Assembly (NCBI RefSeq): GCF_035918295.1
Contig: NZ_CP142149.1
Span: 4,717,591 to 4,741,590, forward strand
Origin: Amycolatopsis rhabdoformis
GTDB taxonomy: Bacteria > Actinomycetota > Actinomycetes > Mycobacteriales > Pseudonocardiaceae
Length of the DNA: 24,000 bases
Direction: 5' to 3'
The stretch's first letter is position 1. Each line of letters begins with the position of its first letter. The notes below the pieces were generated by a model that was given only the letters and a program-made list of their open reading frames with translations, was not told the DNA's origin and did not search any database. Below are positions 14,838-22,410 of this stretch, one piece after another. Position numbers and translations under genes: made by a program.

Positions 14838-16406
14838 ATGGCCAAGTTCAACCTGTTCCGCGCGCGCCCGGCGGCCCGCTCGCCGATCTCGAGCGAGGCC
14901 GTCGCGAGCGGGCGCACCCACGAAGGCGCGCCCGGCTACGCGCGCGACGTCTGGAGCGAGCTGTTCCTGCTCGCCGTGACCAACCTGGTCGGTGAGCACA
15001 CGTTCTACGAAAGCGCCACGCAGCGCGACACCCGCTACGCCGAGCTCGTGCGCGCCGCGACGCTCGCGGATCCCGAGTGGACCGCGCGGCTGCTCGCGTG
15101 GCTGCGCCGGGACGCGAACCTGCGCACCGCGGCGCTCGTCGGCGCGGCCGAGTTCGCCGCCGCCCGGCGCGAGGCGGGCCTCGAAGGCCTGTCGCGCCAG
15201 GTCGTGGCGAGCGTGCTGCAGCGGGCCGACGAGCCGGGTGAGCTGCTCGCCTACTGGACCGGCGTCCACGGCCGCACCGTGCCCAAGCCCGTGAAGCGCG
15301 GCATCGCCGACGCCGCCCAGCGGCTCTACACCGAGAGCTCCGCGCTCAAGTGGGACTCCGACGCGCGCGGGTTCCGGTTCGCCGACGTCCTCGGTCTCAC
15401 CCACCCCAACCCGCGCGAGCAGTGGCAGAGCGCGCTGTTCGAGCACCTGCTCGACGTCCGGTTCCACGCCGAGCGCGAGCTGCCTGCGGAACTGGGCACG
15501 CTGACGGCGCACCGTGCGCTGATGGCGTGGCCGGTGCAGCGGCGGCGCGAGCTGATGGCGTCGGGGACCGCGACCGCCGAGCTGCGCCGGGCCGGGATGA
15601 CGTGGGAGTCGCTCGCCGGGTGGCTGCAGGGGCCGCTGACCGCGGCCGCGTGGGAGGCGATGATCCCGTCGATGGGCTACATGGCGCTGCTGCGCAACCT
15701 GCGCAACTTCGACCAGGCCGGCGTTTCCGACGAGGTCGCGCAGGCCGTCGCGGCGCGACTGGCCGACCCGGAGCAGGTCGCGCGGTCGAAGCAGCTGCCG
15801 ATGCGGTTCCTCTCGGCCTACCGGGCGGCGCCGTCGCTGCGCTGGGCGTGGGCACTCGAGCAGGCGATCACACTCTCCCTCGCGAACGTGCCGCAGCTGC
15901 CGGGCCGCACGCTGGTCCTGGTGGACACCTCGTACTCGATGCACGCGCCCTTCTCGCGCGACGGCTCGCTGATGCGGTGGGACGCGGCCGCCGTGTTCGG
16001 GCTCGCGCTCGGCCTGCGGTGCGCGAAGGCCGACGTGGTGACCTTCGCGTTCGACTCGCAGGAGTTCCCGCTGCGACAGCGGGAATCGCTGCTGAAGGCA
16101 GTGGAGCGCTGGCGCGGCGGCGGGTACTTCCTCGGCGGTGGCACCGACACGGCCCGCGCGGTCCGGCGGCACCTGCGGGGTCACGACCGCGTGGTGATCC
16201 TCACCGACGAGCAGGCCACGGGCGGCAACGTCGGGCAGGCCGTGCCGGCGGACGTTCCGCTCTACACCTGGAACCTCGCCGGGTACGAGCGCGGCCACGC
16301 CCCCAGCGGCGGCCGCAACCGCCACACCTTCGGCGGCCTGACCGACCAGGCCTTCCGGATGATCCCGCTGCTGGAAGCGGGCCAGAACGCCGACTGGCCG
16401 TTCTGA
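14838..16406 (+). CDS. rsr: Ro60-related protein Rsr: TROVE domain plus C-terminal von Willebrand factor A domain
   Basis: ATG 14838 follows AGAGGGGG (14824-14831). The N-terminal TROVE-type sequence reads THEGAPGYARDVWSELFLLAVTNLVGEHTFYES. The C-terminal vWA domain has the MIDAS motif LVLVDTSYSM (DxSxS). The 522-aa length matches bacterial Rsr proteins. The gene lies next to Y-RNA-like elements. Confidence 0.93.
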   Translation: MAKFNLFRARPAARSPISSEAVASGRTHEGAPGYARDVWSELFLLAVTNLVGEHTFYESATQRDTRYAELVRAATLADPEWTARLLAWLRRDANLRTAALVGAAEFAAARREAGLEGLSRQVVASVLQRADEPGELLAYWTGVHGRTVPKPVKRGIADAAQRLYTESSALKWDSDARGFRFADVLGLTHPNPREQWQSALFEHLLDVRFHAERELPAELGTLTAHRALMAWPVQRRRELMASGTATAELRRAGMTWESLAGWLQGPLTAAAWEAMIPSMGYMALLRNLRNFDQAGVSDEVAQAVAARLADPEQVARSKQLPMRFLSAYRAAPSLRWAWALEQAITLSLANVPQLPGRTLVLVDTSYSMHAPFSRDGSLMRWDAAAVFGLALGLRCAKADVVTFAFDSQEFPLRQRESLLKAVERWRGGGYFLGGGTDTARAVRRHLRGHDRVVILTDEQATGGNVGQAVPADVPLYTWNLAGYERGHAPSGGRNRHTFGGLTDQAFRMIPLLEAGQNADWPF

Positions 16407-16415
16407 GCGCCTCGA

Positions 16416-16458
16416 GTGTCGTGATCGGACGGTGCGCACCACCGTCCGATCACGACAC
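16416..16458 (+). terminator. Perfect 19-bp hairpin 10 nt after the rsr stop codon (terminator or processed RNA element)
   Basis: GTGTCGTGATCGGACGGTG (16416-16434), loop CGCAC, then CACCGTCCGATCACGACAC (16440-16458). It is followed by CTTCCGGG and has no T-tract. Confidence 0.45.
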
Positions 16459-16547
16459 TTCCGGGTCACGACACTCCCGGATCACGACAGTGGCCGATCA
16501 GGCGAGCGCCCGATCGTCGCGAGTGCCCGGTCACGAGCGGTCTCAGG
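16448..16547 (+). repeat. Degenerate tandem array with a 16-17-nt period (about 6 units) sharing the core (A/G)TCACGACA
   Basis: Units are GATCACGACACTTCCGG (16448), GTCACGACACTCCCGG (16465), ATCACGACAGTGGCCG (16481), ATCAGGCGAGCGCCCG (16497), ATCGTCGCGAGTGCCCGG (16513) and TCACGAGCGGTCTCAGG (16531). An inverted copy GTGTCGTGAT lies at 16416-16425. Confidence 0.6.
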
Positions 16548-16618
16548 CCAACCGGTACAGCAAAACCGCGCGCGATTGGACCAGTCGCGCGCGCGAGGGC
16601 GGACCTAACCTCGGCCCT

Positions 16619-17032
16619 ATGATTCTTTCTCCCGATTCAGGCAGCACCTACGACAACCTGCTCACGCGCACCCCGCCGTTCATGCCGGACAACGCGCACT
16701 TCATGGTCGGCGTCGTCACGATCCCGGCCGGCGACCCGGGCAGCGGCCCGCACCGGCACTCCGGTCCCGTGTTCGGTTACGTGATCGAGGGCGAGATCCT
16801 CTTCGAGCTCGAAGGCGAGGAGCCCTACCCGATCAAGGCCGGCGAGGCGTTCTGGGAGCCCGGCGGTGAGGTCGTGCACTACCAGGCCGGCAACCTGCGC
16901 GACGACATCGCGAGCAAGTTCGTGGTGTGCATGGCCTGCGCACCCGACGTGCCGATGCTCACTTTCCTCACCGAAGACGAGATCCGCGAGCGCGACCACC
17001 TGCGCCACCCGAGCGCCCGCCGGAAGGCCTGA
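16619..17032 (+). CDS. Cupin domain-containing protein (137 aa)
   Basis: Cupin motifs are GSGPHRHSGPVFGYVIEGEILFELEGEEPYPIKAGEAFWEPGGEVVHY. ATG 16619 is in frame with the long track ORF 15350..17032; the upstream part of that ORF is an alternative frame of rsr. The RBS is weak. Confidence 0.8.
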   Translation: MILSPDSGSTYDNLLTRTPPFMPDNAHFMVGVVTIPAGDPGSGPHRHSGPVFGYVIEGEILFELEGEEPYPIKAGEAFWEPGGEVVHYQAGNLRDDIASKFVVCMACAPDVPMLTFLTEDEIRERDHLRHPSARRKA

Positions 17033-17043
17033 CTTTTTCACCG

Positions 17044-17073
17044 CCTGCTGTCTCCCGGTGCGGAGGCAGCAGG
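17044..17073. terminator. Hairpin between convergent cupin and Rrf2 genes
   Basis: CCTGCTGTCTCC-CGGTGC-GGAGGCAGCAGG forms a 12-bp stem with one G.U pair. On the plus strand it is preceded by TTTTTCA. Confidence 0.45.
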
Positions 17074-17079
17074 TTCGGG

Positions 17080-17556
17080 TCAGGCCCGGCCGTAGGCCTT
17101 GCGGGCCAGGCGCGCCGCCGAGGGCGCGTGGCTGTCGGCCTCGGCCCGGATGTCCGCGATCGTCTGCGCCGCCAGGGCTTTGCGCCACTGCAGCTCGGCG
17201 TGCTGCATCGCCGAATCGACCGCGCAGCGGCGGCGGAACGCGCTGCGCGGCGCCTCCTGGCCCATGCCCTGCTGCCGGATTTCGGTGCACTGGAACGCGA
17301 GATCGCGCCCCTCGATGGCGGCGACCACGTCCATGAGCGTGATGTCCTCGGGCCGGCGCGCGAGCACGAACCCGCCGCGCGCGCCCGGGAGCGACCGCAG
17401 CAGGCCCGCGCGGACGAGGGCCTGCAGCTGTTTGTTCAGGTACGCCACGGGAAGCTCGTAGCTGGCCGCCAGCGTCGCAGTGGATACCGGCTCGTCGTCG
17501 TCGAGCCACGCGAGCGACAGCAGGACATGGACGGACCACTCGACACCCTGGTTCAT
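17080..17556 (-). CDS. Rrf2-family transcriptional regulator
   Basis: The sequence MNQGVEWSVHVLLSLAWLDDDEPVSTATLAASYELPVAYLNKQLQALVRAGLLRSLPGARGGFVLARRPEDITLMDVVAAIEG is a typical Rrf2 winged helix. Only two Cys are visible (FQCTE, RRRCAV). The ATG 17556 start is preferred over the track start at 17580. Confidence 0.9.
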   Translation of the reverse strand: MNQGVEWSVHVLLSLAWLDDDEPVSTATLAASYELPVAYLNKQLQALVRAGLLRSLPGARGGFVLARRPEDITLMDVVAAIEGRDLAFQCTEIRQQGMGQEAPRSAFRRRCAVDSAMQHAELQWRKALAAQTIADIRAEADSHAPSAARLARKAYGRA

Positions 17557-17586
17557 CCGCACGGCCGCTATCCTAGACAATCTGGA

Positions 17587-17615
17587 CCTCGCAAGTCAAG
17601 GTTCGGCTTGCGAGG
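17587..17615. promoter_or_regulatory. Inverted repeat in the Rrf2 / ECF-sigma divergent region
   Basis: CCTCGCAAG (17587-17595) and CTTGCGAGG (17607-17615) form perfect 9-bp arms with an 11-nt centre. The repeat lies between the two divergent start codons. Confidence 0.4.
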
Positions 17616-17671
17616 CCCGGCGCACACCTGCGACCATCGGAATCCCCATGCAGTGCACGAGGAGCGGCGAA

Positions 17672-18559
17672 GTGACCGAAGTGGCCGGTGGCGGCTTGAC
17701 CGACGCGGTGACAGCGTTCGAAGGCGTGCGCCCGCGGTTGTTCGGCATCGCCTACCGCCTGCTGGGCACGGCGGCCGACGCCGAGGACGTGGTGCAGGAC
17801 ACGTGGATCCGCTGGCAGCGCACGGATCGCGCCGCGGTGCGCAACCCCGAGGCCTTCCTCGTGACCACCGCGAGCCGCCTGGCGCTCACCGCCGCGACCT
17901 CGGCCCGCGCGCGCCGCGAGCTCTACGTCGGCCCATGGCTGCCCGAACCGGTCCCGACCGCCGACGCCACCGGCGAAGGGGACCTCGAACGCGGTGAGGC
18001 GCTCGAGCTCGCCGTGCTCGTGCTGCTCGAACGGCTGACCCCGCAGGAGCGCGCGGTGTACGTGCTGAAGGAGGCCTTCGACTACCCGTACCGCGACATC
18101 GCCGGCTTCCTCGACATCACCGAGGACAACGCCCGCCAGCTCAACCACCGCGCCCGTGCCCACGTGACGCGCGAACGCGGCGCCCACGTAAGCCCGGCCG
18201 AGCGCGACCGCCTGCTACGGGCGTTCCTCGCCGCCGCGCGCGCCGGCGACCTCGAAGGCCTGCAGAGCCTGCTCGCCGAAAACGCCGTGGCCTACGCCGA
18301 CGGCGGCGGCGTGGTCACCGCCGCCCGCATCCCGGTGCAGGGGCGCGAGCGGGTGGCCCAGTACCTGGCGCGCACCGTGGCGATCTACGGGCAGAACACC
18401 ACGACCACGGTGGTGGCCGCCAACGGGCAGCACGTCGTGCTGGTCTCCCGCGACGGCGAGCCCCTGGCGGCGTGCTGGATCGAGGCGTCCCCCGAGGGCA
18501 TCGACGAGGTGTGTGTCCTGGTGAACCCGGCGAAACTCGCCCGGCTGGCCGCGGCGTGA
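17672..18559 (+). CDS. ECF RNA polymerase sigma factor with a C-terminal SnoaL-like extension (SigJ / ECF41-like)
   Basis: Region 2 reads RPRLFGIAYRLLGTAADAEDVVQDTWIRW. Region 4 reads LTPQERAVYVLKEAFDYPYRDIAGFLDITEDNARQLNHRAR. A C-terminal extension of about 100 aa follows. GTG 17672 follows GAGGAG; ATG 17648 is also in frame. Confidence 0.9.
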   Translation: MTEVAGGGLTDAVTAFEGVRPRLFGIAYRLLGTAADAEDVVQDTWIRWQRTDRAAVRNPEAFLVTTASRLALTAATSARARRELYVGPWLPEPVPTADATGEGDLERGEALELAVLVLLERLTPQERAVYVLKEAFDYPYRDIAGFLDITEDNARQLNHRARAHVTRERGAHVSPAERDRLLRAFLAAARAGDLEGLQSLLAENAVAYADGGGVVTAARIPVQGRERVAQYLARTVAIYGQNTTTTVVAANGQHVVLVSRDGEPLAACWIEASPEGIDEVCVLVNPAKLARLAAA

Positions 18560-18695
18560 CCTCGGCCGGGTCCGGCGGCCGCGGTGGCGACGCGCCACGG
18601 CCGACGGGCCGGATCACCACGGCAGCCACGAGCCGGTTCGGCACGGACCCCGGAGCGGGCTCGGCCCCCGCGCTGAACCTCGCCGAGCCGCCCGG

Positions 18696-20096
18696 ATGAC
18701 CGCGCTCGGCATCGATCTGCACCTCGACCTCGGCGCCGGCGGTGAGCCGCGGGCGCGGGCGATCGAGGCGGCGCTGCGGGAGGCGATCACGTCGGGCCGG
18801 CTGACGGCCGGCACGCGGCTACCGGGCACGCGCAGCCTGGCCGTGGACCTCGGGATCGCGCGCGGCACCGTCGTCGAGGTCTACGCGCAGCTGGTCGCCG
18901 AGGGGTGGCTGGTGAGCGCGACCGGCTCGGGCACCCGGGTCGCCGAGAACCGGGTACCGGTGGCGAAGAGCGCGCCGGCCGCAGGCCGAGCGCCCGCGGC
19001 GCCGAGGCTGCTCGACCTGTGGCCGGGGCGGCCGGACCTGAGCCTGTTCCCGCACGCCCTGTGGTCGGCGAGCGTGAAGCGCACGCTGCCCGAGTCCACT
19101 TTGGACTACGGAGACCCGGCGGGACGGCGGCAGCTGCGCGAGGCGGTCGCCGCCTACGTTTCGCGCACCCGCGGTGTGCTCGCCGAGCCCGAGGCCGTGG
19201 TGATCACCAGCGGCTTCACCCACGGCCTCGCGCTGCTGGCCCGCGCGTTGCAGACGTCGGGCGTCCGCGTGATCGGTACCGAGGACCCGGGACTCGTGCA
19301 CCACCGGCGGCTCATCCACGGCGCCGGCCTCGCGACCGCTCCCCTGCCCGTGGGCCCCGACGGCGCCGACCCGGCGGCTCTGCGGCCGGAGTGGGGCGCC
19401 GTGTTGCTCACCCCCGCGCACCAGCACCCGCGCGGCGTCGTCCTGAGCGCCGCTTCGCGCGTGGCCTTCGTCGACTGGGCCCGGGACCGCGACGCCTACC
19501 TCATCGAAGACGACTACGACGGCGAATTCCGCTACGACAAGCACCCCGTGGGCGCGCTGCAGGCGCTGGACCCGTCGCGGGTGGTCTTCGCGGGCAGCAC
19601 CAGCAAGTCGCTGGCGCCCGGCCTCCGCCTGGGCTGGCTCGTGCTCCCGCCGCGCCTGCGCCTGCCCGTGCTCGACGCCGTCGCCCTCACCGGCGCCATC
19701 CCCGGTGCTCCGGCGCAGCTCGCCCTCGCCGACCTGCTGCGGCGCGGCGACTACGACCGCCACGTGCGCCGCGCGCGCCAGGTCTACCGCAAACGACGGA
19801 CCGAGCTGGCCGCCCGGCTGGCCGCGCTCACCCCTGTGCCGCTCGACGGTGTCCCGGCCGGCCTCCACTCGCTGCTGCCCCTCGCGTCCCGCCGGGAGGA
19901 GAGCCGGCTGGTCAACGCCGGCCTCCTCGCGGGCGTGCGCCTGATGGGCCTGCAGGCGAGCGGCTACTGGCACTCGGCGGACGAGCCCCGGGCCGGGCTG
20001 ATCATCGGCTACGCGACCCCGCCGCAGCATTCATGGCGCCCGGCGCTCGACGCGTTGGCGGGGTTGCTGAACGGCGCCGGCATCGCGCCCTGGTGA
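18696..20096 (+). CDS. MocR/PdxR-type regulator: GntR-family HTH fused to a PLP-dependent aminotransferase-fold domain
   Basis: The N-terminal GntR HTH reads LREAITSGRLTAGTRLPGTRSLAVDLGIARGTVVEVYAQLVAEGWLVS. The fold-type I aminotransferase region has STSKSLAPGLRLGWLV, the PLP lysine context. Confidence 0.9.
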   Translation: MTALGIDLHLDLGAGGEPRARAIEAALREAITSGRLTAGTRLPGTRSLAVDLGIARGTVVEVYAQLVAEGWLVSATGSGTRVAENRVPVAKSAPAAGRAPAAPRLLDLWPGRPDLSLFPHALWSASVKRTLPESTLDYGDPAGRRQLREAVAAYVSRTRGVLAEPEAVVITSGFTHGLALLARALQTSGVRVIGTEDPGLVHHRRLIHGAGLATAPLPVGPDGADPAALRPEWGAVLLTPAHQHPRGVVLSAASRVAFVDWARDRDAYLIEDDYDGEFRYDKHPVGALQALDPSRVVFAGSTSKSLAPGLRLGWLVLPPRLRLPVLDAVALTGAIPGAPAQLALADLLRRGDYDRHVRRARQVYRKRRTELAARLAALTPVPLDGVPAGLHSLLPLASRREESRLVNAGLLAGVRLMGLQASGYWHSADEPRAGLIIGYATPPQHSWRPALDALAGLLNGAGIAPW

Positions 20097-20099
20097 CGG

Positions 20100-20951
20100 T
20101 CAGCCCAGGGTGAAGCCTTCCCGCCACGACGGCCGGCTCGGGGCCCAGCCCAGGTCCTTGCGGGCGTGGGTGTTGTCGGCGCCGCGGGCCCAGGGGGTGC
20201 GCTCGGCGTCGGAGTGGGCAGGTGCCGGCGCGCCGACGGCGGCGCAGAAGACCGGAGCCCACTCGTGGCCAGGCACGGGGTCGTCGTCGCAGACGTTCAC
20301 CGCACCGCTGGGCCAGGCCAGCGCGTCGACGGCAGCCGAAGCGGCGTCGGCGATGTGCAGGAAGCTGGCGACGTCGGCGGTGGCGGGCAATTGGCCGGCG
20401 CGGGCGAGCTGGTCCATGAGGCCGTCGGCGGCGTACCAGGTGTCGGCGCCGTAGAGGGTGCCGTAGCGCAGGATCACCCATTCCGGCAGTTCGGCGACGG
20501 CGTGCTCGAGGCTCGCGATGCCCGACACGGTGGCGAGGCGATCGGCGGCGCCGGCCAGGTCGAGCGGCGTTTCCTCCGTGGCCGGGGTGGTACCGGGCTC
20601 GTACGCCCAGGAGATGCTCTGCGCGATCATCCGCCGCACCCCGGCGGCCTTCGCGGCGTCGACGAGGTTGCGCGTGCCGACCGTGCGCACCCGGGCGTTC
20701 GCCACGCGGTCACCCGAGCCGAGGTCGGTGAGCTGGTGCATCACCACGTCCGGCGCGGCGGCCCCGACGAGCTCGGCCAGCGCCGGCGCGTCGTACACGT
20801 CGCCGAGCACGGCGGTCGCGCCCAGCGCGGTGATCCGGTCGGCCGAGTCCGCGCCGCGCGCCAGCCCGATCACCTCGTGGCCCCGCGCGAGCAGCGCCGG
20901 CACGGCGTGCCGCCCGACGACGCCGGACGCCCCGGCGAGAAAGACCCGCAT
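20100..20951 (-). CDS. NAD(P)-dependent epimerase/dehydratase-family oxidoreductase
   Basis: ATG 20951 follows GAAGGGA. The Rossmann motif is MRVFLAGASGVVGRHAVPALLARGHEVIGLAR. The stop codon lies 3 nt from the MocR stop codon, and the genes are convergent. Confidence 0.85.
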   Translation of the reverse strand: MRVFLAGASGVVGRHAVPALLARGHEVIGLARGADSADRITALGATAVLGDVYDAPALAELVGAAAPDVVMHQLTDLGSGDRVANARVRTVGTRNLVDAAKAAGVRRMIAQSISWAYEPGTTPATEETPLDLAGAADRLATVSGIASLEHAVAELPEWVILRYGTLYGADTWYAADGLMDQLARAGQLPATADVASFLHIADAASAAVDALAWPSGAVNVCDDDPVPGHEWAPVFCAAVGAPAPAHSDAERTPWARGADNTHARKDLGWAPSRPSWREGFTLG

Positions 20952-21230
20952 CACATTCCCTTCGACAGTCCGCAGTGGACGATCCGTCCGGCCTCCAGCC
21001 AACCAGCCGCGGCCACGGGCCGGTAGTCCACTTCGGGTCCGCCACGCTGGACCGGTTCACGCCGCGTCCGCGTGCGGAAACCGGCGGAAACTGCTCGAAT
21101 GCCCCCGGTTCGGGTGGCGCCGCGCGAGCCCGGCCGGACACGGAGTGCTGGATCACAATCGCGGCCTGTCACATCCGGGGCGCGCGTTCAGTCTGGGAGG
21201 TGATCCACATCCGAGACCGAGGGGGAACCG

Positions 21231-21980
21231 ATGCGAGTGGCAGTAGCCGGCGGCACGGGGCTGGTGGGCGCGCTGGTCGTGCACGAACTGGCGGCGCGCG
21301 GACACGACCCGGTCGTGCTCGCGCGTTCGTGCGGTGTCGACTTGACGACCGGCGCCGGTCTCGCGGGGCGGCTCGACGGCTGCGCCGAGGTGGTCGACGT
21401 GACCAACGTCGGGGCCGTGCGCAAGAAGCCCGCGGTCGGCTTCTTCGCCGCGGCCACGCGCAACCTGCTCGACGCCGCGGCCGAAGCCGGGGTACGGCAC
21501 GTGGTCGCGCTGTCGATCGTCGGCGTCGACGAGGTGGACCTCGGCTACTACTTCGGCAAGCGCAAGCAGGAGGAGCTCGTGCGCGAGGGCCCGGTGCCGT
21601 GGACGATCCTGCGGGCCACGCAGTTCCACGAGTTCCCGGAGCCCTTTGTGGACGGTGCGCGCGGGCCGTTCGTGGTGGTGCCGCAGGAACTTTCGCAGCC
21701 CGTGTCGGCCGGCGAGGTAGCGCGGGCGCTCGCCGACAGCGTCGGCCGGGAGCCCGGCGGGTACGCGCGGCCGCTGGCCGGGCCCGAGCGGCTGCAGATG
21801 GCCGACATGACGCGCCGCCTGGTCAAGGCGCGCGGCGCGCGCAAGATCGTGGTGCCGGTGCGGCTGCCCGGCGCCGTGGGCCGGGCGATGACCGGCGGCG
21901 CGCTGCTCCCGAAGGAAGACCACGCCCAGGGCGAGCGCACGTTCGCCGAGTACCTGCGCCGCGTCGCCGCGCGCGCGTGA
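21231..21980 (+). CDS. NAD(P)H-binding, NmrA-like / atypical SDR-family protein
   Basis: ATG follows GAGGGGGAA. The Rossmann motif is MRVAVAGGTGLVGALVVHELAARGHDPVVLARS. Confidence 0.85.
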   Translation: MRVAVAGGTGLVGALVVHELAARGHDPVVLARSCGVDLTTGAGLAGRLDGCAEVVDVTNVGAVRKKPAVGFFAAATRNLLDAAAEAGVRHVVALSIVGVDEVDLGYYFGKRKQEELVREGPVPWTILRATQFHEFPEPFVDGARGPFVVVPQELSQPVSAGEVARALADSVGREPGGYARPLAGPERLQMADMTRRLVKARGARKIVVPVRLPGAVGRAMTGGALLPKEDHAQGERTFAEYLRRVAARA

Positions 21981-22005
21981 CCCCCACCGTCCGGAAAGGA
22001 CTCTC

Positions 22006-22410
22006 GTGAACACCCTCGCCGTCCGGCTCGCGCTGGTGATCCCGTTCCTCGACACACTGGTCGTCGGCTTCTGGAACCAGCTGTTCCCCGAAAGCTTCTA
22101 CACCACGTTCCCCACCGTGGACCTGAACCCGCCGTTCAGCGAGCACTTCGCCCGCGACTTCGGCGGCACGTCGCTGGCCATCGCGGTGGTGCTCGGCATC
22201 GCGCTGGTGAAGCCGAAGACCCACTACGTGGTGCCCGCGGCCGTGGGGTTCTCGGTGTTCGCGGTACCGCACTTCTTCTTCCACCTGCTCGAGACGCATC
22301 CGGAGATGATGTGGCAGGAAGTGGTGCTCACCGCCGCGAACGCCCTGGTCGCGCTGCTCGGGCTCGCCGCGATCGCGCTGGCTCTGCTGCGCGACCGGCG
22401 CCGGGCCTGA
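22006..22410 (+). CDS. Small hydrophobic membrane protein (134 aa), unknown function
   Basis: GTG 22006 follows GGAAAGGA, 25 nt after the preceding stop codon, so it is probably in the same operon. Four hydrophobic segments are present. Confidence 0.65.
   Translation: MNTLAVRLALVIPFLDTLVVGFWNQLFPESFYTTFPTVDLNPPFSEHFARDFGGTSLAIAVVLGIALVKPKTHYVVPAAVGFSVFAVPHFFFHLLETHPEMMWQEVVLTAANALVALLGLAAIALALLRDRRRA

Noticed and set aside
16448-16547. CRISPR array
   Set aside because: The units are only 16-17 nt and directly abut without spacers. They degenerate rapidly, and no cas genes are present.
16567-16595. CGCGCGCGA-N9-TCGCGCGCG inverted repeat upstream of the cupin gene, considered as a regulator site or terminator
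   Set aside because: It is a pure alternating CG stem, which arises easily by chance at this composition. It has no T-tract and no obvious partner regulator, so it is noted but not called as a feature.
15350-16618. Long ORF fused upstream of the cupin gene
   Set aside because: It is an alternative frame of rsr with Arg/Pro-rich shadow composition. The cupin domain starts at ATG 16619.
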